Source: a virus (lineage: Duplodnaviria; Caudoviricetes). From it: DNA of 44,464 bases. The stretch covers positions 1 to 44,464 of IMG/VR virus record IMGVR_UViG_3300005573_000143; one strand, given 5' to 3'. Below, in pieces: positions 26,544 through 35,065 of this stretch. Every line of letters starts with the position of its first letter. Within the stretch, counting starts at the first letter, position 1. Below the pieces are notes generated by a model, which had not been told where the DNA came from, made no database searches, and was given only the letters and a program-made list of their open reading frames with translations. A program made the position numbers and the translations under genes.

Positions 26544-27532
26544 AAAAAAAAGAGAAAAAATTATTTGAGGCAGTAGAACTAAATAATGTTGAACTTCTCA
26601 AAAAACTTATTGCTGAAGGAATAGATGTAAATTCTAAAGAAAAATATGGTTGGACTGCATTAATGCTTGCAAGCACACGAGGATATCTCGATTGTATTAA
26701 GGAACTCATTAAGGCTGGTGCAAATGTAAATGCAAAAAATGAAAATGGCTGGATAGCTTTAATGCATGCAAGTTATCGGGGATATATTGACTGTGTTCGG
26801 GCACTAATCAAAGCTGGAGCAAATATAAATGTAAAAGATAAGGATGGTTCTACACCTTTGATGATTGCAAGTTGTTGGGGATATATTGATTGTGTTCGGG
26901 CACTAATCAAGGCTGGAGCGGATGTAAATTTAAAAAATAATTATGGCTGGACAGCTCTAATGTATGCAAACAGGCATGGACGTATCGATTGTGTTCAGAA
27001 ACTAATTAAAGCTGGAGCTGATGTAAATATAAGAGATAAAAATAGTTTTACAGCTCTAATGCATGCAAGTAATTGGGGATATATTGATTGTGTTCGGGCA
27101 CTAATCAGGGCTGGAGCGGATGTGAATGCAAAAGATAAAAAAAATTGGACAGCCTTAATGTATGCAAGTTGTTGGGGATATAGCGATTGTATTAAGGAAC
27201 TCATTAAGGCTGGAGCGGATGTAAATATAAAAGATAAGGATGGCTGGACTGCATTAATGGATGCAAGTTATCGGGGATACAGTGATTGTATTAAAGAACT
27301 AATTAAAGCTGGTGCTGATGTAAATGAAAAAAATAGGAATGGAGAAACTGCCTTAATGATTGCAAGCATGTATGGATATATTGATTGTATTCGGGAACTA
27401 ATTAAGGCTGGTGCTGATGTAAACTCAAAAAATAATAATGGAGAAACCGCTTTGATGATTGCAGAAAAATATGGATATACTAATTGTGTTAAAGAACTAA
27501 TTAAAGCGGGTGCTAAAAAAATAAAAAAATAA
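26540..27532 (+). CDS. Ankyrin-repeat protein 4 (type-A N-cap plus 9 repeats)
   Basis: Canonical ankyrin repeats. Confidence 0.97.
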   Translation: MKKKEKKLFEAVELNNVELLKKLIAEGIDVNSKEKYGWTALMLASTRGYLDCIKELIKAGANVNAKNENGWIALMHASYRGYIDCVRALIKAGANINVKDKDGSTPLMIASCWGYIDCVRALIKAGADVNLKNNYGWTALMYANRHGRIDCVQKLIKAGADVNIRDKNSFTALMHASNWGYIDCVRALIRAGADVNAKDKKNWTALMYASCWGYSDCIKELIKAGADVNIKDKDGWTALMDASYRGYSDCIKELIKAGADVNEKNRNGETALMIASMYGYIDCIRELIKAGADVNSKNNNGETALMIAEKYGYTNCVKELIKAGAKKIKK

Positions 27533-27545
27533 TAAGGAGAAAAAA

Positions 27546-28751
27546 ATGAAAAGAAAAGTTGAAGTAGGAGAATTTTTTGAAGCAGTGAGATGTAATAATG
27601 TGAAGCTTATTAAAGAGTTAATAAAAAAAAGAGTTAATATAAATATAAGAAATAAATTTGGAAATACACCTTTGATGATTGCAAGCATGTATGGACATAC
27701 TAACTGTGTTCGGGCACTAATCAGGGCTGGAACTGATGTAAATGCAAAAAATAATTTTGGCTGGACTGCATTAATGCTTGCAAACAGATATGGACGTATC
27801 GATTGTGTTCAAAAACTCATCAAAGCTAGAGCTGATATAAATGCACAAAATAATGAGGGTTCTACATCATTGATGATTGCAATCTTACATGAACAGATTG
27901 ATTGTGTCAAGGAACTTATTAAAATGAATGCTGATATAAATATAAAAAATAATTATGGCTGGACAGCTTTAATGCATGCAAGTTATCGGGGATACAGTGA
28001 TTGTATTAAAGAACTAATTAAAGCTGGTGCTGATGTAAATGAAAAAAATAGGAATGGAGAAACTGCTTTGATGATTGCAATAAGATATAAACGCACTAGA
28101 CATATTGATTATATTCGGGAACTAATTAAGGCTGGTGCTGATATAAACACACAAGATAAAGATGGAGAAACTGCCTTAATGTTTGCGAGTTCATGCGGAT
28201 ATATTGATTGTGTTAAAGAACTAATCAAAGATGGTGCAGATGTAAATATAAAAGATAAAGATGGCTGGACAGCCTTAATGTATGCAAGTTATCGGGGATA
28301 CAGTGATTGTGCTAAAGAACTCATAGAGGCTGGAGCTGATATAAATATAAGAGATAAAGATAGTTTTACAACTCTAATGCATGCAAGTAGTTTGGGATAC
28401 AGTGATTGTGCTAAAGAACTTATCAAGGCTGGTGCGGATGTAAATGCAAAAGATAATGATGGTTTTACAGTTCTAATGTATGCAAGTTGTTGGGGATATA
28501 TTGACTGTATTCGGGAACTAATCAAAGCTGGAGCAAATATAAATGCAAAAGATAAAGATGGTTTTACACCTTTAATGATTGCAAGTATGTATGGACATAT
28601 AGATTGTATTCGGGAACTAATCAAGGCTGGAGTTAATGTAAACTTAAAAAATAAGAACGGAGAAACTGCCCTGATGATTGCAGAAAAATATGGATATACT
28701 AATTGTGTTAAAGAACTAATTAAAGCGGGTGCTAAAAAAATAAAAAAATAA
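27546..28751 (+). CDS. Ankyrin-repeat protein 5 (type-B N-cap plus 11 repeats)
   Basis: Canonical ankyrin repeats. Confidence 0.97.
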   Translation: MKRKVEVGEFFEAVRCNNVKLIKELIKKRVNINIRNKFGNTPLMIASMYGHTNCVRALIRAGTDVNAKNNFGWTALMLANRYGRIDCVQKLIKARADINAQNNEGSTSLMIAILHEQIDCVKELIKMNADINIKNNYGWTALMHASYRGYSDCIKELIKAGADVNEKNRNGETALMIAIRYKRTRHIDYIRELIKAGADINTQDKDGETALMFASSCGYIDCVKELIKDGADVNIKDKDGWTALMYASYRGYSDCAKELIEAGADINIRDKDSFTTLMHASSLGYSDCAKELIKAGADVNAKDNDGFTVLMYASCWGYIDCIRELIKAGANINAKDKDGFTPLMIASMYGHIDCIRELIKAGVNVNLKNKNGETALMIAEKYGYTNCVKELIKAGAKKIKK

Positions 28752-28764
28752 TAAGGAGAAAAAA

Positions 28765-29670
28765 ATGAAAAGAAAAGTTGAAGTAGGAGAACTTTTTAAT
28801 GCAGTAAGATGTAATAATGTAAAACTTATTAAAGAGTTAATAAAAAAAAGAGTTAATATAAATATAAGAAATAATAATGGAAATACAGCCTTGATGATTG
28901 CAAACATGTATGGACATACTAACTGTGTTCGGGCACTAATCAGGGCTGGTGCTGATGTAAATGCAAAAGATAAAAAAGATTGGACAGCTGTAATGTATGC
29001 TATTGTTTATGATTATGGACATATTGATTGTGTTAAGGAATTAATTAAGGCTGGTGCTGATGTAAATATAAGAAATAATTATGGCTGGACAGCTTTAATG
29101 TATGCAAGTAGCCGTGGACATACTGATTGCGTTAAAGAACTCATAGAGGCTGGTGCTGATGTAAACTCAAAAAATAATAATGGAGAAACTGCCCTGATGA
29201 TTGCAGTAAGATATAAATACACTAGATATCTTGATTGCGTTAAAGAACTTATCAAGGCTGGAGCTGATGTAAATATAAAAGATAAGGATGGCTGGACAGC
29301 TTTAATGTATGCAAGTTGTCATGGACACAAAAATTGTATTAAGGAACTTATTAAGGCTGGCGCAAATATAAATACAAAAAATGAAAATGGCTGGACAGCT
29401 TTAATGCATGCAAGTTATCGGGGATATATTTATTGTGTTAAAGAATTAATTAAAGTTGGCGCTGATATAAATGCAAAAGATAATAATGGAGAAACTGCCT
29501 TAATGATTGCAAGCATGTATGGATATATTGATTGTATTCGGGAACTAATCAAGGCTGGAGCAGATGTGAATGCAAAAAATAATAATGGAGAAACCGCTTT
29601 GATGATTGCAGAAAAATATGGATATACTAATTGTGTTAAAGAACTAATTAAAGCGGGTGCTAAAAAATAA
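28765..29670 (+). CDS. Ankyrin-repeat protein 6 (type-B N-cap plus 8 repeats)
   Basis: Canonical ankyrin repeats. Confidence 0.97.
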   Translation: MKRKVEVGELFNAVRCNNVKLIKELIKKRVNINIRNNNGNTALMIANMYGHTNCVRALIRAGADVNAKDKKDWTAVMYAIVYDYGHIDCVKELIKAGADVNIRNNYGWTALMYASSRGHTDCVKELIEAGADVNSKNNNGETALMIAVRYKYTRYLDCVKELIKAGADVNIKDKDGWTALMYASCHGHKNCIKELIKAGANINTKNENGWTALMHASYRGYIYCVKELIKVGADINAKDNNGETALMIASMYGYIDCIRELIKAGADVNAKNNNGETALMIAEKYGYTNCVKELIKAGAKK

Positions 29671-29686
29671 AAAAAAGGAGAAAAAG

Positions 29687-30106
29687 ATGAAAAGAAAAAT
29701 TGAAGTAGGAGAACTTTTTAATGCAGTAACATGTAATAATATTAGACTTATTAAAGAGTTAATTAAAGAAAAAAGAGTTAATGTGAATATGAAAAATGAG
29801 GATGGCTGGACAGCTGTAATGTATGCTATTGTTTATGATTATGAACATACTAACTGTATTCGGGCACTAATCAAGGCTGGTGCTGATGTAAATGCAAAAG
29901 ATAAAGATGGTTTTACACCTTTAATGATTGCAAGTATGTATGGACATATAGATTGTATTCGGGAACTAATCAAGGCTGGTGCTAATGTAAACTTGAAAAA
30001 TAAGAACGGAGAAACTGCCCTGATGATTGCAGAAAAATATGGATATACTAATTGTGTTAAAGAACTAAAGCGGGTGCTAAAAAATAAAAAAAGGAGAAAA
30101 AAATGA
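29687..30106 (+). CDS. Ankyrin-repeat protein 7 (type-B N-cap plus 3 repeats, frameshifted C-terminus)
   Basis: Start MKRKIEVGE after AAGGAG; a 4-nt loss in the C-cap gives KELKRVLKNKKRRKK. Confidence 0.93.
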   Translation: MKRKIEVGELFNAVTCNNIRLIKELIKEKRVNVNMKNEDGWTAVMYAIVYDYEHTNCIRALIKAGADVNAKDKDGFTPLMIASMYGHIDCIRELIKAGANVNLKNKNGETALMIAEKYGYTNCVKELKRVLKNKKRRKK

Positions 30107-30444
30107 CAACAAAAAGTAAAAAAGCAAAAGGAAAACGGTTGCAAAAAATAGTTTGTGAAATTCTTGCAAAAAAATTAAATATAGTTTATAATCAGCAAGA
30201 TGATAATTGTTTAATTCATAGTCGAGAAATGAATCAATCAGGAGTTGATGTAATTCTACGAGATGAAGCTTTTAAAAAATTTCCGTTTTTGATTGAATGT
30301 AAAAATCAGGAACGGATAAGTTTAAATAAAGTAATAGAGCAAGCAAAAAAAAGAGGAGAGAATTGGTTGATTGTTTATAAAAACAATCATTTAAAAAATC
30401 CAGTCGTTATTTTAGATTTTCAAATATTTCTTTCAAAAATTTAA
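30103..30444 (+). CDS. Holliday junction resolvase (Hjc-like)
   Basis: SKKAKGKRLQ..V...L, SGVDVIL, IECKNQE. Confidence 0.85.
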   Translation: MTTKSKKAKGKRLQKIVCEILAKKLNIVYNQQDDNCLIHSREMNQSGVDVILRDEAFKKFPFLIECKNQERISLNKVIEQAKKRGENWLIVYKNNHLKNPVVILDFQIFLSKI

Positions 30445-30454
30445 GGAGGAAAAA

Positions 30455-31150
30455 ATGGAAAACAAAAAAATGTTTTTAGAAGTTTTGGTTATATGTTCTT
30501 TTGTACTAAATATATTTTTTCTTTTTTTATTTTTCTCAAAAGAGCAACAATATAAATTGGAAAAGAACATAATCTATAATATTTTGTTAAATAATTGTGA
30601 AAATGAGGTTTATAATACTTTTTCTAATTATCGTTCAAAAGACCTACAAAAAATTTTTGAAACAGCAAATCAAAAAACCTTAAATCAACTGAAAAGTTTG
30701 AGAATTGAAATTAAATCGCAAGAACAAAATCTGACAGATAGTATAATTTTTTTTAATCCACTCGGAGCAAAAAAAATATTTGTCACTTCCTGGATGGGAT
30801 ATAGGAAAAAAATCTCAAAAAATATTGGTGGAAATTCTTTAAGAAAGCATGAAGGAATAGATTTAGTCGGTTCAAAAAAAATTTTTGCAACTTTTGCTGG
30901 AAGGGTCAGTTTTGTTGGGAAAAAAGGGGACTATGGAAATCTAATAATTATTCAACATAGAGATAAACTTGAAAGTAGATATGCTCATTTGTCTAAAATT
31001 TTTGTTAAAAAAGGAGATTTTGTTTTTGCTACAGAATTGATAGGATTAATGGGGCAAACAGGAAGAACTACAGGAGAACATTTGCACTTTGAAATACGAA
31101 AAAATAATAAATTAATAGATTTAAATAGAATTTATTTTAAAAACATCTGA
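30455..31150 (+). CDS. M23 family peptidase with N-terminal membrane anchor
   Basis: HEGIDL, YGNLIIIQH, YAHLS, GQTGRTTGEHLHFEIR. Confidence 0.93.
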   Translation: MENKKMFLEVLVICSFVLNIFFLFLFFSKEQQYKLEKNIIYNILLNNCENEVYNTFSNYRSKDLQKIFETANQKTLNQLKSLRIEIKSQEQNLTDSIIFFNPLGAKKIFVTSWMGYRKKISKNIGGNSLRKHEGIDLVGSKKIFATFAGRVSFVGKKGDYGNLIIIQHRDKLESRYAHLSKIFVKKGDFVFATELIGLMGQTGRTTGEHLHFEIRKNNKLIDLNRIYFKNI

Positions 31151-31183
31151 AATCATTATAATTTTTTTAATAGGGGAAAAATA

Positions 31184-31732
31184 ATGAATGATAAAGATAA
31201 TAAATATAAAAGTTATATGAATGTTGTTGCAGAATGGAAAATAGATAATCTCTTTATAAGATTAGCTTTTATGGACAGAAAATATATTTTATTGTGGGAT
31301 TATATAAATCAAGTCGAAGAAACAAATGAACTAAGGTTTTTATTGGGAGAAATACCATTATCTGTTTTATTAAAAGGACAGAAAATTTTGTTTATTATAA
31401 AAGATATAGAAAATAACATCACAAGAAGAATAAAAATATTTTGTGATGATGAACATTATAAATTACTTATGGAATATAAAAAAAATTCTTTCAAGGAAGT
31501 TTCAGAATTTATAAGAAAAGAAAGAGGTATATATTCAAAATTGAAGTGGAAAAAAATATATTTAGATGATAACACTCTCTGTAAATCAAAAGCTTGTGAA
31601 AAAAGAAATTTATGCAAACTTAATATATATAATTCTAACGGTGATCACTTTATAAATGAATCTACGAAGTTTATAAATGTAGGAGACTGTATAAATTATT
31701 CTTTTAGATATTTTATGAGGGAAAAAAGATGA
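31184..31732 (+). CDS. Hypothetical protein with C-terminal Cys cluster
   Basis: CKSKACEKRNLC...C; in operon. Confidence 0.7.
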   Translation: MNDKDNKYKSYMNVVAEWKIDNLFIRLAFMDRKYILLWDYINQVEETNELRFLLGEIPLSVLLKGQKILFIIKDIENNITRRIKIFCDDEHYKLLMEYKKNSFKEVSEFIRKERGIYSKLKWKKIYLDDNTLCKSKACEKRNLCKLNIYNSNGDHFINESTKFINVGDCINYSFRYFMREKR

Positions 31733-32271
31733 AAATTTTAGATATTATTAGAGGAGGTCAAGTTCCGCCTCTTTTTAAGGAACGAGATAAATTTGATTCT
31801 TTAATTAAAGTTTATGCAGATGAATCTAAAACATATATTCAAGATATCACAAAATTTGTCAATACAGATTTCTGTTATGATTATCGAGGTGGAATTTTAA
31901 AAGAAGGTGAATATGGTGGTATATGTGGATTAAGACAAGATAGAATAAATAAACCGAAGGTAATTTATATTTTTAACTTAAGATTTTGGGATATAATAAA
32001 TGATAAAGATAAAGATTTAAAAGAATATATGCGTATATTACCATCTATAATTCCCAATCCTAATCATAATAACAAAAGTATTATAACACAAGTATTAATA
32101 CATTCTGATAATATAGTAGGAGGAGGTTCTCATGGATGTATTACTGTTTTCCCAACCGAGTGGAAAAATTTTATAAGTTTATTTGAAATAAACGAAAAAT
32201 GTAAAATTAATCTTATTAGAGATCCAAGATACAAATTTAATTTAGATTTTAATGAGCTATCGGAGGGATAA
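31729..32271 (+). CDS. Putative cell-wall enzyme with YkuD/L,D-transpeptidase-like catalytic motif
   Basis: VLIH.......GSHGCITV (His...SxGC). Confidence 0.6.
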   Translation: MKILDIIRGGQVPPLFKERDKFDSLIKVYADESKTYIQDITKFVNTDFCYDYRGGILKEGEYGGICGLRQDRINKPKVIYIFNLRFWDIINDKDKDLKEYMRILPSIIPNPNHNNKSIITQVLIHSDNIVGGGSHGCITVFPTEWKNFISLFEINEKCKINLIRDPRYKFNLDFNELSEG

Positions 32272-32272
32272 A

Positions 32273-33043
32273 ATGATTGAAAAAAAAGAAGAAGAGAGAA
32301 AAGATATTATTTCTGATAATAATTTATCAGAACAACATCAATTAATACATATAGAAAAAAGTAATCATACAATTCCTACAAAATATGATATAACTACCAT
32401 GAATAATGATTTAGAAAAAATAGAAAATAATCCTTTTGTAGGAATATCAGAAAGTGCTTTTTCAAAAGAGATACAAAAAAAACTGATGGAAAAAATTCCA
32501 GAAGAAGAAATTCAAATTAGACCAGATGGTATAATTTTTCTACCCGAAATAAAATACAGGCAAAGATTAGATGAAGCTTTTGGAATTGGTGCTTGGGCAT
32601 TAAGAAGGGTATCAATTACTCAAGAAAAAACTAATGAAAAAATAATAGTTTATTTTGATGGAATATTATACATATATGGTAGATATATTGCTCAGGCAAT
32701 AGGAGAACAAGAATATTTTGCAAATAATAAAGAAATGACTTATGCTACTGCGGCAGAATCTGCAAAGTCAAATTGTTTAATGCGATGTTGTAAGGATGTC
32801 GGCATAGCAAGAGAATTATGGGATATTAAATTCATAGAAGAATGGAAAAAGAAATATGCTATAGCTGTTTGGTGTACTTATATTGGTAATGGCATAAATA
32901 ATAATAAAACGAAATTATTATGGCGGAAAAAAAATAGTCCTCCTTTTTTGTATCCTTATAAAGAAATGCTAAATGATAATGATATTAAGAACACAGAAAA
33001 AATGGAAAATGTACAAAATTCAAAAAACAAAGATATTATTTAA
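32273..33043 (+). CDS. Mgm101/Rad52-like single-strand annealing protein
   Basis: IRPDGIIFLPEIKYRQRL.EAFG.G.W.L, GEQEYF, AKSNCLMRCCKDVGIARELWD..FI closely follows the Mgm101 core. Confidence 0.88.
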   Translation: MIEKKEEERKDIISDNNLSEQHQLIHIEKSNHTIPTKYDITTMNNDLEKIENNPFVGISESAFSKEIQKKLMEKIPEEEIQIRPDGIIFLPEIKYRQRLDEAFGIGAWALRRVSITQEKTNEKIIVYFDGILYIYGRYIAQAIGEQEYFANNKEMTYATAAESAKSNCLMRCCKDVGIARELWDIKFIEEWKKKYAIAVWCTYIGNGINNNKTKLLWRKKNSPPFLYPYKEMLNDNDIKNTEKMENVQNSKNKDII

Positions 33044-33059
33044 TAAAGGAGATTAATAT

Positions 33060-33398
33060 ATGATGATAAGTTTATTATTACCGACAAAGAACAGAACAGA
33101 AAAATTGAAAGAAGCAATTGATTCTGTATCTAATACTATAACTAAAAGGAGACCAATAGAAATTTTAATAGGTATAGAAAAAGATGATAAAAATACTCTT
33201 AATAGTATTAATGAAATAAATGTTCCTCCATCTGTTTCTATAAAACCTGTAATTTTTAATCAATTTGAATATGTAAACAATACTAAATACTTTGAAATGG
33301 ATAAAACATTATTTAACACTTTACAATCCGCAAGAATTGCCGAAATTAACAAATTAAAAGAATATATAGAAGATTTTAAGAAAAAAAATGTTACTTAA
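33060..33398 (+). pseudogene. Truncated GT2-like glycosyltransferase
   Basis: GT2 N-terminus (ISLLLPTKNR...L.EAIDSV...IEILIGIEKDD) but only 112 aa, with no DxD core. Confidence 0.5.
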
Positions 33399-33666
33399 TT
33401 AAATTTGTATAATTTGTTTTAGAAACATTCGTAATAATAATCTTTTCTAAAAAATTAGTTAGTTTTTGTAAATTCAAATTTATATTCGTTTTTGTATCTA
33501 CAATTGTTAATTGTCCTTGTAAAGTTTGCACTGTTGTTTTATTTTCTGTTTGAACTATTGTTTCATTCCGAACATCAAAGTGTTGTTCAATTTTTTTGGG
33601 TGCAACAATATATCCAATTGTTCCACCACCTAAAAAAAGTAAAATATAAATTAAAATTGCTGGCAT
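33391..33666 (-). CDS. Membrane-anchored Thr/Asn-rich protein (spanin position)
   Basis: Start MPAILIYILLFLGGG after AGGAGG; single N-terminal TM segment; follows the holin-like genes. Confidence 0.6.
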   Translation of the reverse strand: MPAILIYILLFLGGGTIGYIVAPKKIEQHFDVRNETIVQTENKTTVQTLQGQLTIVDTKTNINLNLQKLTNFLEKIIITNVSKTNYTNLIK

Positions 33667-33689
33667 TTTTTTCACCTCCTGTATTAAAA

Positions 33690-33896
33690 TTATTCTGCAA
33701 AACTCTGCAGGGCTTTCGTTCCGAATATTACTCCAGCAAGTCCCACAATGCAAGTTGTAGCTTTTTCTATTTGTCCAGTTATGACTGAATATACAGAAAT
33801 AAAAGCCAATAGAAAAAATCCTGCAATAGCTAAAATTCGCATTGTGGATGGAACTCCTTCTTTTTCCTCAATTATTTTCTTTAAATATTCAATCAT
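33690..33896 (-). CDS. Putative holin
   Basis: 68 aa, two TM helices, PSTMR motif. Confidence 0.65.
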   Translation of the reverse strand: MIEYLKKIIEEKEGVPSTMRILAIAGFFLLAFISVYSVITGQIEKATTCIVGLAGVIFGTKALQSFAE

Positions 33897-34219
33897 TTTC
33901 TTTCCTCTATTATAATTCTGTTTTTAAAATATTGCAAAAAAGAATAGGTTGTTGCCGCAATAGTTAATATACCTACAATGATTGAAATTAATAAATAAAG
34001 AAAATTAAAATTTTGCTTTTTAATTGATTCTTTTGTAGAAATTCTAACCATAAAATTATCAATATCTTTATGTCGTGTATTACATTGTTCGATTTGATTA
34101 AGTTTAAACTGTGAAAATTCTTGATTTAAATTTTTCACTTCCTTTTTTACTTCAGCAATTTCTTGTTTCATTTCAGCAAGAACATTCAAAATTAATTCAT
34201 CATTTTTTCTTTTTTCCAT
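33893..34219 (-). CDS. Coiled-coil protein with C-terminal TM (XhlA-like lysis accessory)
   Basis: Coiled coil plus one TM segment, upstream of the holin. Confidence 0.6.
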   Translation of the reverse strand: MEKRKNDELILNVLAEMKQEIAEVKKEVKNLNQEFSQFKLNQIEQCNTRHKDIDNFMVRISTKESIKKQNFNFLYLLISIIVGILTIAATTYSFLQYFKNRIIIEERK

Positions 34220-34230
34220 TTTTTACCTCT

Positions 34231-34893
34231 CTAAACTATAATTTTTCTTCTTGCCCATATCCCCACCCTTGATCCTGCTCCTATTGCATTTGTTTGTGAA
34301 CTCCATAATACTATTGAAGTTATATTATCTATCGAATTATTCCAGTTAGTAGTCGTATTATAATTTCTATAATAATTTTGTGTATCTGTATTCCAAAAAC
34401 CCGTATAACCTTGTATTAAACGAGAAGTTCCAGAAAGTGCTAAAAATCTAATCTTAAAATCAATCAACGAATTAACTGCTTCGCCATATCCTATCCAGCA
34501 ATAATTAAGATTTATATTTTCGCCTGCAGCTGCGGTACCAATACCTTTTAAAAATTGAATATAATAATTATTACCCGAATCATTATTAAATCTAAGTCCA
34601 AAATAGGTTGCTCCACTATAATTATTTATAATCTTTCCCTGAATAACATATTCAATATCTTCATCTCCATTCAAGTCATCAAAAGTATAACTCGTCGCAG
34701 CTTCTGTAAAAATTTTTTCTTTAATTAACATCATAATATCATTAGTATCATTTGGAATTAACATGGTTTTTAATTTATTTTCATGCTGTTGTAAAAGTTC
34801 TCCGATAGATTTAGATTGTTCTACAATTTGCTTAATTGCCAAAGCTGTTTTTGTATCTAATCCAGACCAATCAATTTTAAAACTATCAAACAT
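34231..34893 (-). CDS. Putative virion fibre/appendage protein
   Basis: Short helical N-terminus then a beta domain (LRFNNDSGNNY...W.N..DNITSIVL......IGAGSRV). Confidence 0.55.
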   Translation of the reverse strand: MFDSFKIDWSGLDTKTALAIKQIVEQSKSIGELLQQHENKLKTMLIPNDTNDIMMLIKEKIFTEAATSYTFDDLNGDEDIEYVIQGKIINNYSGATYFGLRFNNDSGNNYYIQFLKGIGTAAAGENINLNYCWIGYGEAVNSLIDFKIRFLALSGTSRLIQGYTGFWNTDTQNYYRNYNTTTNWNNSIDNITSIVLWSSQTNAIGAGSRVGIWARRKIIV

Positions 34894-34905
34894 AATTATT
34901 CCTTT

Positions 34906-35061
34906 TTATTTATTTTTACCTTTATTATGATAAAAATATAAAGCTCGCATATATGGTAAAGCAGCCTCTTTGGAAACATATCCTTTTTTATTTTTTTTCT
35001 TTCCAGTTTTCTGTTCCACAACATAATATTTCCCACCAATCTTTTCTATTTTATAAGGCAT
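34906..35061 (-). CDS. Small basic phage protein (51 aa)
   Basis: Not in the ORF track: MPYKIEKIGGKYYVVEQKTGKKKNKKGYVSKEAALPYMRALYFYHNKGKNK; GGAGG RBS. Confidence 0.75.
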   Translation of the reverse strand: MPYKIEKIGGKYYVVEQKTGKKKNKKGYVSKEAALPYMRALYFYHNKGKNK

Positions 35062-35065
35062 AAAT

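Noticed and set aside
22547-29690. Programmed A-tract slippage fusing adjacent ankyrin genes
   Set aside because: At the junction checked (22552-22588) all three frames hit TAA or the TGA overlapping the next ATG, so a single slip alters only the tail and does not fuse genes.
18734-30144. Antisense ORFs over the ankyrin genes (e.g. 18734..19147, 26995..27204, 28289..28624, 29839..30144)
   Set aside because: Shadow frames of repetitive coding sequence, with no RBS.
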